DNA of 64,000 bases from a bacterium (GTDB lineage: Bacteria; Zhuqueibacterota; Zhuqueibacteria; Residuimicrobiales; Krinioviventaceae). Below the pieces are notes generated by a model that worked only from the letters and a program-made list of their open reading frames with translations, searched no databases and was not told the DNA's origin. Positions within the stretch are counted from its first letter, which is position 1, and each line of letters begins with the position of its first letter. The stretch covers positions 5,568,001 to 5,632,000 of the forward strand of contig OY843751.1 of assembly GCA_963693055.1 (NCBI GenBank). The letters run 5' to 3'. Positions 37,578-46,232 of this stretch are shown here, in pieces. Made by a program: the position numbers and the translations under genes.

Positions 37578-39004
37578 GGAAGTGTAAAGATTTTTGTGTA
37601 AATCATGAACAAGGGTTCAATAACCCGTAGGGTTATTGAATTTCGAGTTTTGATTTGCACACACTTTTCCAAGGGACTGTAAATTCGCTTGTGTTTTAAA
37701 AACAAATATTACATTTTATTAAATACAGGAGAATTTACCAATGAAACTTACACCTGAAATTATTAAACAACTTGAAAAAGATTTTGAAAACTGCAAGACA
37801 GCAGACGATCTGCTGGGCAAAAATAGTCTGGTCAAGAATTTGATTAGGGGCATATCAGACCAAATTATGGAAGCTGAAATGACCCAGCACTTGGGCTATG
37901 AGAGACATTCTTCAGAAGGTGATAACAGTGGTAATAGTAGAAACGGTCACAGCAGCAAAACAGTGAAGACAGATTTTGGTGAAATTGACATCAAAATCCC
38001 CCGTGATCGGAATGGAGAATTTGACCCGGTACTTGTCAAAAAGCACCAGCGTGATCTGGGCAAAATAGATGAAATCATCGTTGCCTTATATGCCAAAGGT
38101 CTGAGTACAAGAGACATCAAAGACCATCTGGAAACACTCTACGGCCTGGACGCTTCCCCAACATTTATTTCCAATGTTACCGAACGGGTACGCGAGCTTG
38201 TCGTTGAATGGCAGTCAAGACCGTTGGATAGTGTTTATCCTATTGTTTATTTGGATGCTATCCACTATAAAATACGTGACGAAGGGCGTATTATAAACAA
38301 GGCCGCTTATACTGTACTGGGGATCAATGGTGAAGGCTTTAAGGATTTACTTGGTATTTGGATCGACCAGTCCGAGGGCGCCAATTTCTGGCTGTCTGTT
38401 CTAACCGATATACGAAACCGTGGGGTTGAAGATATTCTGATTGCATGCGTAGATGGGCTGAAAGGCTTTCCGGATGCTATTGCCAGCATTTTTCCCGATA
38501 CTGAAGTCCAGCTTTGTATCATCCATCAAATCCGTAACTCGCTTCGTTATGTTGCATCAAAACATCAAAAAGAATTTATCAAAGATCTGAAGCTGGTTTA
38601 TCAAAGCACAACTAAAGAAAACGCTGAACTGCAACTGGATCGCCTTGAACAAAAATGGGGACCCAAATATCCCATTGTTATCAATTCCTGGAGAAAAAAC
38701 TGGGACAACCTGTCCAACTATTTTAAATATCCCGAAGAAATTCGGCGAATGATCTATACCACAAATAGTGTAGAGGCTCTGCACCGGCAGCTTCGCAAAG
38801 TCACTAAAACCAAATCTCTGTTCCCCCACGATGATGCGTTGAAAAAAATGCTGTTTCTGGCCTACAGGGATATTGCTAAAAAATGGTCGCAGCCCATCAG
38901 AAACTGGGCCTTTGTTGTTTCTCAATTTTCTATTATATTTAAAGACAGGATGAAAATCCAAATATAGCACTACTATTCATTTACACAAAAAAGTTTACAG
39001 TCTC
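37578..39004 (+). mobile_element. IS256-family insertion sequence, 1427 bp
   Basis: IRL GGAAGTGTAAAGATTTTTGTGTAAAT (37578-37603); IRR reverse complement GAGACTGTAAACTTTTTTGTGTAAAT (38979-39004); 8-bp direct repeat ATAAATTA at 37570-37577 and 39005-39012. Confidence 0.95.
37741..38967 (+). CDS. IS256-family (Mutator-type) DDE transposase, intact
   Basis: RNG, IPRDR, YLDAIHYKIR, VDGLKGF, QLCIIHQIRN, YTTNSVE. Confidence 0.97.
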   Translation: MKLTPEIIKQLEKDFENCKTADDLLGKNSLVKNLIRGISDQIMEAEMTQHLGYERHSSEGDNSGNSRNGHSSKTVKTDFGEIDIKIPRDRNGEFDPVLVKKHQRDLGKIDEIIVALYAKGLSTRDIKDHLETLYGLDASPTFISNVTERVRELVVEWQSRPLDSVYPIVYLDAIHYKIRDEGRIINKAAYTVLGINGEGFKDLLGIWIDQSEGANFWLSVLTDIRNRGVEDILIACVDGLKGFPDAIASIFPDTEVQLCIIHQIRNSLRYVASKHQKEFIKDLKLVYQSTTKENAELQLDRLEQKWGPKYPIVINSWRKNWDNLSNYFKYPEEIRRMIYTTNSVEALHRQLRKVTKTKSLFPHDDALKKMLFLAYRDIAKKWSQPIRNWAFVVSQFSIIFKDRMKIQI

Positions 39005-39009
39005 ATAAA

Positions 39010-40092
39010 TTACTGTATCTCTTGAACATTCAACTCCTCTTCCAATATAATTGCCTTATTGATTAACAAATCAAGTACTTGTTGAGGCTTTGTTTCCAGA
39101 GCTGAGAATCCTAATGAATCCTTTTGACACTTTATACAATAACTGTCTGTTTCCTTGTTTTTGAAATCACAACTCTTACATATCCAATAATTTTGAACTT
39201 TACCAGACAATTTTGCTTTTTCCTGAACGATATCTAGTTCAATAGCAAATTGGTCTTTAATATATTTAACAAGTTGATTTATCAAATTGAGATCATCAAT
39301 TGAATAAAATGATTTATGGAATTTCAATAATTCAAGTGCCCTTTTTTGACTTTTCATATCATCTGATTTTAATAATTGAAATAAATAATGATAATCGATA
39401 AAACTACCATCGACAATAATTCTACGAATAACATTTTTTATTGTATCTGTGGAAGCAAATGAGTCATAAAGCACTTTTTTAGCAACACTTTTATCTATTT
39501 GCATAAAATAACGTCCAGATAATTCTATTATTTTTTCAAAATTCAAAGAATCCTTTGAGCTTTCTAAATAATTAATAACTGAATTTGCAACTTTATGAAT
39601 TTTATTTGAAATTATAAATTTCCAAACTTTATCATCAAATTTAAATTCCGGATCGTTGATTTTATTCAACAAACTTCTTTTTTGCAATAACACCTCAAGT
39701 TCAGAATCACTCAATTTATTATTTTGAGCATACATTTCTTGAATATTTATATTGTCATTCTTTGCATATACCGCAGTACCAATGGCTGAAACCATAAACA
39801 TTTGTTTATCTTTTCCAGATATTTCATCAAAATCAATAGAAATACCTATAACACAATTAGCATTTAATTCTCTCGCTTTTAACTTTAAACCAGCTATTGC
39901 TTCATTTTTTATACTAGCCAATGCATTTTGATAAGATTTATTCCTTCCTCCCCAAAAATCGGAATATTTTGCAAAGAAATCACTAAAAAAACTTGTGCCC
40001 TCCACTACATGAAAAGTTACAGTCCCTAGATATTTTTGAATTTCCCAACCTTCCAAGGATGATGTCGTCGAAACTACAATAATATCATTCAT
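39010..40092 (-). CDS. YbjQ (UPF0145) domain protein with helical middle and C-terminal zinc finger
   Basis: STT..LEG..I..YLG, FWGGR..SY, ANCVIGI..D, GTAV; C-terminal WICKSC-X10-CIKC. Confidence 0.8.
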   Translation of the reverse strand: MNDIIVVSTTSSLEGWEIQKYLGTVTFHVVEGTSFFSDFFAKYSDFWGGRNKSYQNALASIKNEAIAGLKLKARELNANCVIGISIDFDEISGKDKQMFMVSAIGTAVYAKNDNINIQEMYAQNNKLSDSELEVLLQKRSLLNKINDPEFKFDDKVWKFIISNKIHKVANSVINYLESSKDSLNFEKIIELSGRYFMQIDKSVAKKVLYDSFASTDTIKNVIRRIIVDGSFIDYHYLFQLLKSDDMKSQKRALELLKFHKSFYSIDDLNLINQLVKYIKDQFAIELDIVQEKAKLSGKVQNYWICKSCDFKNKETDSYCIKCQKDSLGFSALETKPQQVLDLLINKAIILEEELNVQEIQ

Positions 40093-40437
40093 AGCACCTC
40101 TAGCTCTGTAAATAGTTAAAATTAAATTTAATTTATAATTAAATGATTTGCTTTTTTTTTAAGCATATAGATTGAAGAAAAAAATGTTACAAACATAAAA
40201 TTCCCAAGTAATGAAGACAAATTTAATCCCACAAAAAAATGTCAAAATATAAGTATCATAAAATAGATTAAAAAAGAAAACATCCCATATATTTATATAA
40301 AAATAATTCATTACAAGTTCAAGTTTTTTGATAGAAATTAATAAACGATAAAAAGTCCACAGTTTCTACAACTAAAATTTTCGTAATTTTTCGTGTGATT
40401 CGTGGGCATCATTCCTTACAATCCCCCCTATAACAAA

Positions 40438-40464
40438 AAGGGCAGTCAATGATTGACTACCCTT
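40438..40464 (-). terminator. Intrinsic terminator
   Basis: AAGGGCAGTCAAT-G-ATTGACTACCCTT stem with an A-run on the left (U-tail on the minus strand). Confidence 0.65.
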
Positions 40465-40483
40465 AAACGCTCAATAGAAACTT

Positions 40484-42139
40484 TTATTCAGCGACTACCT
40501 TGACATCCCTGAACATATAGGGATTGTCGCTGACTCTTAATTTCTTGCCGCTTGCAGTGGTCACGTTATCAAGAATGACTTTATTTGTTTTGATATAGGG
40601 AAATGTTTCCTCAAAAGTGCTGTCTGTGTATTCCTTGTTAAAATTTGCAAAAATAGCGGGGCCCTGGTAATCCTCGGGATGGTTGGAATCATCAATGTGA
40701 AGAGTCTCTATAGTAATGGTTTCCGGCATATAACAGGTATAACCAAAATCGTGCTTGCCAGAATTGGAACCACCGAACAGGCTGGCACTCGTTGTTTGGC
40801 CTCCGGAAGGCACAAACGTACAGTTACGGATGATAAAGTCTCCCTGCCATGTACTGCCATAATCGCTGCGAAGGTTAACCAGATTTCTGCCATAAACGGT
40901 GCAATTCTCTACGGTCAAAACTCCGGTACCAATGGCATTGATTCCCATGTGCCCCATGGTTGAATTGCGAATGGTTGCATTGGCAACTCCCATGTGGGCA
41001 TCGAACCTGGAGAATTTACAATTGTCATATACCAGATTTTTACAATAGTTGGAGCCCATAATTCCCCAGTACGTATTGTCCTTGATATCATTTGTCTGAC
41101 TGCAATCGATAAAGGATATATTGAGGGCACGACCAATTGAAATATCATAAGATCCCATGGGTACCCGCTTGCCTGCCGAACCGATGGTATAGTATTTTTT
41201 GTGTCCGGTTAACACTGTATTTTTGACTGTCACGTTTGAACAGTTGCTGATGGTGATAAATCCACTATAGGGCGCACCATGGTCTCCTTCACCGGTAATG
41301 CGATGTTTCAGTCCGGTCACAAGCACATTTGAACGATTAATCACCATATTACGGCTGTAATAGGTATATTTGGATTCGGCAGTATTGGCGATTGTCGTAA
41401 AGCGTCCACCGGTTATGTTGAGTGTGGTCTCGTCAATGGGTAAGGCATTGATTTCTGTAATCTGATCAAAATCCCAAATGATGGGTGTGTTCTTGTCCAC
41501 GTTTCCGTTTTTATCAACAACAAAAATATCTGTTTGCGGAGATCCGCTGTTTTGATTCAGTCCAAAACGGATGTATCGCTTTACGTTCGAATCGGTTACG
41601 GTAACCAGACAGCTTTTGGGTAAAGCGATATCTATTTTCTCCTGATTGCGCTTGAGAGAGGATATGCTTTTAATCTCGAACGGTTCCAGGGTTGAGGATA
41701 CCTTGAAAACAGAAGCACCCCGTTTTTCTACAGCTATCTGACTATCATCAACAATAAATCCTGCCGTACCAAAATCGGTGTCGGTTTGAATGACCGCAGT
41801 GCGTTCCGTGTTTCCGATATAATATGTTGCACCCTCATCGGCTTTGACCAAAAGCTTGTGCTGATTGGCAAATGCATGAGTGGCAGCAATAGCATCTAAA
41901 TCATCAATTTTGCCGTCACCCACAGCGCCAAAATCACTGTAACGGACGAATCCATTGGTTTTGAATTTTTGAACATCCTTTGGGGCTACATTTACCAGCA
42001 ATTCTCCATTTTCATTGGTACGCACCCGGATTTCATTCTCTTCCGATGTAATCACAACGTTATCAAGCGCACTGTTTTGTCCATATGCTGTAATTATTAA
42101 AGTAAATAAAATAGAAATCAAGAGTATGCGTTTCATCAT
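40484..42139 (-). CDS. Secreted pectate-lyase-like beta-helix protein
   Basis: Signal peptide; YSDFGAVGDGKIDD motif; Asn/Cys-ladder repeats; SRFDAH. Start taken at ATG 42139. Confidence 0.75.
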   Translation of the reverse strand: MMKRILLISILFTLIITAYGQNSALDNVVITSEENEIRVRTNENGELLVNVAPKDVQKFKTNGFVRYSDFGAVGDGKIDDLDAIAATHAFANQHKLLVKADEGATYYIGNTERTAVIQTDTDFGTAGFIVDDSQIAVEKRGASVFKVSSTLEPFEIKSISSLKRNQEKIDIALPKSCLVTVTDSNVKRYIRFGLNQNSGSPQTDIFVVDKNGNVDKNTPIIWDFDQITEINALPIDETTLNITGGRFTTIANTAESKYTYYSRNMVINRSNVLVTGLKHRITGEGDHGAPYSGFITISNCSNVTVKNTVLTGHKKYYTIGSAGKRVPMGSYDISIGRALNISFIDCSQTNDIKDNTYWGIMGSNYCKNLVYDNCKFSRFDAHMGVANATIRNSTMGHMGINAIGTGVLTVENCTVYGRNLVNLRSDYGSTWQGDFIIRNCTFVPSGGQTTSASLFGGSNSGKHDFGYTCYMPETITIETLHIDDSNHPEDYQGPAIFANFNKEYTDSTFEETFPYIKTNKVILDNVTTASGKKLRVSDNPYMFRDVKVVAE

Positions 42140-42264
42140 AGCAGTCCTTTTAAAAATGAGTTCAAATGACATGGCGGTTATTGATCAATATATAGATTAC
42201 ACCCTATTAAAGCAACATTGAATATAATAGCTCCCAGACCGGTGTAGGCTATAATTGGATAAAA

Positions 42265-42295
42265 GATAATGCCAGAGATGCTTCCCGTCACAATC
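42265..42295. repeat. Degenerate copy of the 31-bp GATC palindrome
   Basis: GATAATGCCAGAGATGCTTCCCGTCACAATC, 23 of 31 ungapped identity to the consensus, preceded by an A-run as in other copies. Confidence 0.5.
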
Positions 42296-42516
42296 GCATA
42301 ATTTTTTTCGATTATAATAAAGGATTTTTAAGCAAAATTAATAGATGAAATATAACATTCTGCCATCTTGTTGAAATTTTAAGCAATGAATTGAAAACAC
42401 TCATTTTGTTTTAAAATATTACCCAAAATGATATATTCCATTTTTTTACTTCCAGGTAGGGACTCTGCATAGCTCGCCAAATGCAGCCCTATGAACAAAT
42501 GAGAGGATAATTCAGA

Positions 42517-43740
42517 ATGCATATTTTATTTACACTTGGCCTTATTATGGCACTGGGTCTGGCAGGCGGACGACTTTTTGAACGTTTTGGTATTCCACAG
42601 GTGGTAGGATACATCGTCGTTGGTGTTGTACTCGGGGACTCGGTTCTACATTTTTTATCAATAGAAACCCTTGATAATTTGTCCGCTTTAACTTCAATAG
42701 CCTTGGCATTTATTGGCTTTATGGTTGGAGGAGAACTCAAATACTCTATATTCCAAAAATATGGCAAACAATTCTTTAGTATTTTGCTTTCCGAAGGATT
42801 GCTGGCCATGCTCTTTGTTAGCATCCTGACCATTTTATTAACAAAGAATATACCGTTGGGCATTTTGTTAGGCGCTCTCAGTTCAGCAACTGCACCGGCC
42901 GCAACTGTAGACGTTTTATGGGAATATCGCTCAAAGGGACCGTTAACATCAACCATTTTAGCCATTGTGGCACTTGATGACGGACTGGCCCTCTTTCTTT
43001 ACGGATTTGCTTTTGCATTTGCAAACGCGCTTGTTGCCGGTGGTGGGCTGAGTGTTAAAATTATGCTCTTACAACCCCTGTTTGAAATTTTTGGTTCACT
43101 CTTGCTTGGAATTGCAATCGCATTGATCATGAACTATATTCTCCGCTGGATTTCTTCGCGAGATGACCAACTGGTAATAAACATTGCGGCTATATTTTTA
43201 GCAAGCGGCATCGCAAAATATTATGACCTTTCACTCATCCTTACCAACATGGCTGTTGGCCTGACACTTACCAATCTTCATCGGGACCGAAATGAGTCAA
43301 ATTTCGATATCGTGAAAAGCTTTGTCCCGCCGATTTATATTATATTCTTTTTATTTGTTGGCGCCAGATTGCAACTGGGTCTCATGCCCTCAATGGGTTT
43401 ACTGGGAATCTTGTATGTTATTGGCAGAACAGTTGGCAAATGGTCAGGGGCTTTTCTGGGATCAGTTATATCCGGAGCGCCATCAGCAGTTAAAAAATAT
43501 CTCGGTTTCGCTCTGTTCTCGCAAGCCGGTGTTGCCATTGGCCTCGCACTCGATATTTATCAGCATTTTGGCAAATTAGGATCTACCGGAGAGCATTTGG
43601 GTCACACGGTTATTAATGTAATTGCCGCGACAACACTGTTGGTCCAAATCATCGGTCCCATGTCGGTAAAATTTGCAATATCCAAAGCTGGTGAAATCCC
43701 CGGTCAAACGCAAAACGGAGAAAGGGGAAAAGAATCATGA
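42517..43740 (+). CDS. Cation:proton antiporter (CPA superfamily)
   Basis: IPQVVGYI, SATAPAAT, IVALDD, FSQAGVAIGLA; about 12 TM helices. Confidence 0.92.
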   Translation: MHILFTLGLIMALGLAGGRLFERFGIPQVVGYIVVGVVLGDSVLHFLSIETLDNLSALTSIALAFIGFMVGGELKYSIFQKYGKQFFSILLSEGLLAMLFVSILTILLTKNIPLGILLGALSSATAPAATVDVLWEYRSKGPLTSTILAIVALDDGLALFLYGFAFAFANALVAGGGLSVKIMLLQPLFEIFGSLLLGIAIALIMNYILRWISSRDDQLVINIAAIFLASGIAKYYDLSLILTNMAVGLTLTNLHRDRNESNFDIVKSFVPPIYIIFFLFVGARLQLGLMPSMGLLGILYVIGRTVGKWSGAFLGSVISGAPSAVKKYLGFALFSQAGVAIGLALDIYQHFGKLGSTGEHLGHTVINVIAATTLLVQIIGPMSVKFAISKAGEIPGQTQNGERGKES

Positions 43741-44168
43741 AAAAGCAATTGATCAAAGATCTATATCCTTATAATACAATCGGTAATGTATCCGGAGCCA
43801 TAACCATTCGGGAGATGGCAAAACTCGTTGTAAAGCATCCGGAAACACATTATCTGTGTGTTGTGGATGATTCAGACAATTTGCTGGGACTCGTCAGCCG
43901 TGAACGATTATTTCAGGCAATTTTCTCTCATCATGTCTCCGCAAGTGCTAAAGTGACAGAACTTTACTCTCTTCTCACATCAGAGCATGCAGAGGACCTG
44001 CTCATTAAACATTTTATTACCTGCAACGAGTCAGACCCGCTTGATGAAATCATCAACCTTATGGTCAAACATCAACTCGATGCGATTCCCGTATTAAATA
44101 AAAATGAAAAACTTGAAGGCCTGCTAACGATTGAACAGCTTTTATCGAATTGGCTTGAAAAAAGTTAA
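43737..44168 (+). CDS. CBS-domain pair protein, translationally coupled to the antiporter
   Basis: CVVDD..LLGLVS and IPVL...LEGLLT CBS motifs; ATGA overlap. Confidence 0.88.
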   Translation: MKKQLIKDLYPYNTIGNVSGAITIREMAKLVVKHPETHYLCVVDDSDNLLGLVSRERLFQAIFSHHVSASAKVTELYSLLTSEHAEDLLIKHFITCNESDPLDEIINLMVKHQLDAIPVLNKNEKLEGLLTIEQLLSNWLEKS

Positions 44169-44448
44169 CGATACTATTTTCTTTGGTTCCAGGACAGAGC
44201 CCGTGGCCCCAGAAACGACATGAATTCCGGTCAACTTTCGCGTTTAAAGCTTGTCTGTTCTCCGGCGGATGTGATGCTTTGTGATCTTGGCGGCTTTGTG
44301 GTGAAGGCAGATACTAAATGATGCATCAAGATGCTTCTTGCAAGCTGCTTAAAAGGCTTAAAATGAACCGCCCGCTCCGCTCAATGAATGCAGATTGTGA
44401 TAAAAATATATGACATATTACATTCTGTTTACTAAATAACCATAACAA

Positions 44449-44479
44449 GATCATGACGGAGATAATCTCCGTCACGATC
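44449..44479. repeat. 31-bp GATC-tagged palindrome, near-perfect copy
   Basis: GATCATGACGGAGAT-A-ATCTCCGTCACGATC, 29 of 31 identity. Confidence 0.88.
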
Positions 44480-44628
44480 ACAAATAAATTTTAAACATCA
44501 CTGAAGTCATTCGTAAAAGGTCTCTATATACCCTGTATTATTTTTATTAAATCTTTCAATCAACAGACTTGTAGCAAAAAAACATTGATTTTAATCTCAA
44601 ATTCCCGTACTTTAAAAGTTAGAAATAT

Positions 44629-44701
44629 GCGCCTATAGCTCAATTGGCAGAGCATCTGACTCTTAATCAGCAGGTTCGGGGTTCGATTCCCTGTGGGCGC
44701 A
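44629..44701 (+). tRNA. tRNA-Lys (anticodon CTT), CCA not encoded
   Basis: Acceptor GCGCCTA/TGGGCGC, D arm GCTC-AATTGGCA-GAGC, anticodon loop CTCTTAA, T loop GGTTCGATTCC, discriminator A. Confidence 0.95.
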
Positions 44702-44702
44702 C

Positions 44703-44734
44703 AAAAAAGCCCGATACATAATCGGGCTTTTTTT
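44703..44734 (+). terminator. Intrinsic terminator after tRNA-Lys
   Basis: AAAAAAGCCCGAT-ACATA-ATCGGGCTTTTTTT. Confidence 0.85.
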
Positions 44735-44747
44735 ATGTAAAAAAATC

Positions 44748-44775
44748 TTGACAAAAAAAATATTATTGCTAAATT
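44748..44775 (+). promoter_or_regulatory. Sigma70-type promoter of the methyltransferase
   Basis: TTGACA-16 nt-TAAATT with TG extension; GGAGG RBS at 44811. Confidence 0.55.
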
Positions 44776-44819
44776 AGGGTACTTGAAAAAGTTTCTCAAA
44801 AGAACCTTTTGGAGGTACC

Positions 44820-46232
44820 TTGATAGATATAAACGAAGCGTCAAAAATTTTAAACAGAACACCTCAACAATTAAGAAAATTATGCACTAAAGGTAAAATC
44901 AAAGCACAGAAAATTAGCAATTCTTGGATTTGTGATAAAGATGAAATCATAAAATATTATGATACAACAACAACTGGAAAAGTAAAAGACCAAACCAGTA
45001 AGTATAATAGAAAAGAAATTATTAACAATAAGCCAATCGCTTTAAGCTTTTTCAGTGGTGCAATGGGGCTTGATATCGGACTAGAAAAATCAGGTTTTAA
45101 TGTAATATTAGCAAGTGAAATAGACAATGCTTGCCGTAAAACAATTCTTAAAAACAAACCCAATATAGCCTTACTTGGCGATATCCGTGACTATAATGCA
45201 AAACAAATCAAATCAAAAGCAGGACTAAATGAAAATGATGATATTGATTTAGTTGTGGGCGGGCCTCCTTGTCAAGCATTTAGCACTGCTGGAAAAAGAA
45301 TGGCTTTTGAGGATGAAAGAGGCAATGTTTTTTTATCATTTATCGACTTAATTTTAGATTTAAACCCTAAATATGCTGTAATCGAAAATGTTCGAGGGCT
45401 TTTATCTGCACCACTAAAACACAGACCTCATAACCAAAGAGGGGATGGTTATCCTCCCTTAAGTGCAGAAGAAAGAAGAGGTGGTGCATTAAACCATATT
45501 CTAACTAAATTTAAAAATAAAGGTTATTCTGTTAATTTCAATTTATATAATGCTGCAAATTTTGGGACACCTCAAAAAAGAGAAAGAGTGATAATTATTT
45601 GCTCAAGAGACCAACAGGAAATTCCATTTTTAATACCAACTCATTCAGAGAATGGACTATTTGGTCTCCCTAAATGGAAAACATTTGAAGAAGCAACTAA
45701 AACTCTGAATGGAATAAAACATACATATATCAACTTTCCCGAAAAACGACTAAAATATTACAGATTATTAAAAGCTGGTCAAAATTGGAGAAACCTTCCT
45801 ATTGCCCTTCAAAAGGAAGCATTAGGTAAATCATACTATGCTGGTGGTGGTAAAACAGGATTTCTAAGAAGACTAGCATGGGAAAAGCCTTCCCCTACAT
45901 TAGTAACACATCCTGCTATGCCTGCAACTGACTTGGCACATCCAAAAGAAGATAGACCTTTAAGCATTGAAGAATATAGAGTTTTACAAGAATTCCCTGA
46001 TAATTGGAAAATTGAAGGGAGTATTATTGAGCAATATCGTCAATTAGGTAATGCAGTACCAACTGGTTTAGGTAGGGCCATTGGAAATTTAATATTAAAA
46101 CTTATGAATAAAGAAAAAGTTTACAAAATTAAAGATTTTCCATATTCAAGATACAAAAATACAAATCGTCAAGAATGGCAAGAAGAATATCAACAAAGTT
46201 TAATACCTTCTTTATTTACTGAGGACTTTTAA
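44820..46232 (+). CDS. DNA cytosine-5 methyltransferase with N-terminal HTH (M.SinI-like)
   Basis: FFSGAMG, GGPPCQAFS, ENVRG, QKRERV, GNAVP motifs; N-terminal INEASKIL..TPQQLRKLC..GKI.A.K HTH. Overall resemblance to M.SinI is from memory. Confidence 0.95.
   Translation: MIDINEASKILNRTPQQLRKLCTKGKIKAQKISNSWICDKDEIIKYYDTTTTGKVKDQTSKYNRKEIINNKPIALSFFSGAMGLDIGLEKSGFNVILASEIDNACRKTILKNKPNIALLGDIRDYNAKQIKSKAGLNENDDIDLVVGGPPCQAFSTAGKRMAFEDERGNVFLSFIDLILDLNPKYAVIENVRGLLSAPLKHRPHNQRGDGYPPLSAEERRGGALNHILTKFKNKGYSVNFNLYNAANFGTPQKRERVIIICSRDQQEIPFLIPTHSENGLFGLPKWKTFEEATKTLNGIKHTYINFPEKRLKYYRLLKAGQNWRNLPIALQKEALGKSYYAGGGKTGFLRRLAWEKPSPTLVTHPAMPATDLAHPKEDRPLSIEEYRVLQEFPDNWKIEGSIIEQYRQLGNAVPTGLGRAIGNLILKLMNKEKVYKIKDFPYSRYKNTNRQEWQEEYQQSLIPSLFTEDF

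Noticed and set aside
37487-37705. 72-aa ORF at the IS left end (also 10129-10344)
   Set aside because: It runs through palindromic repeats and the IS terminal repeat; stop-free by chance.
44560-44862. 100-aa minus-strand ORF
   Set aside because: It is the antisense of tRNA-Lys, its terminator and the MTase promoter.
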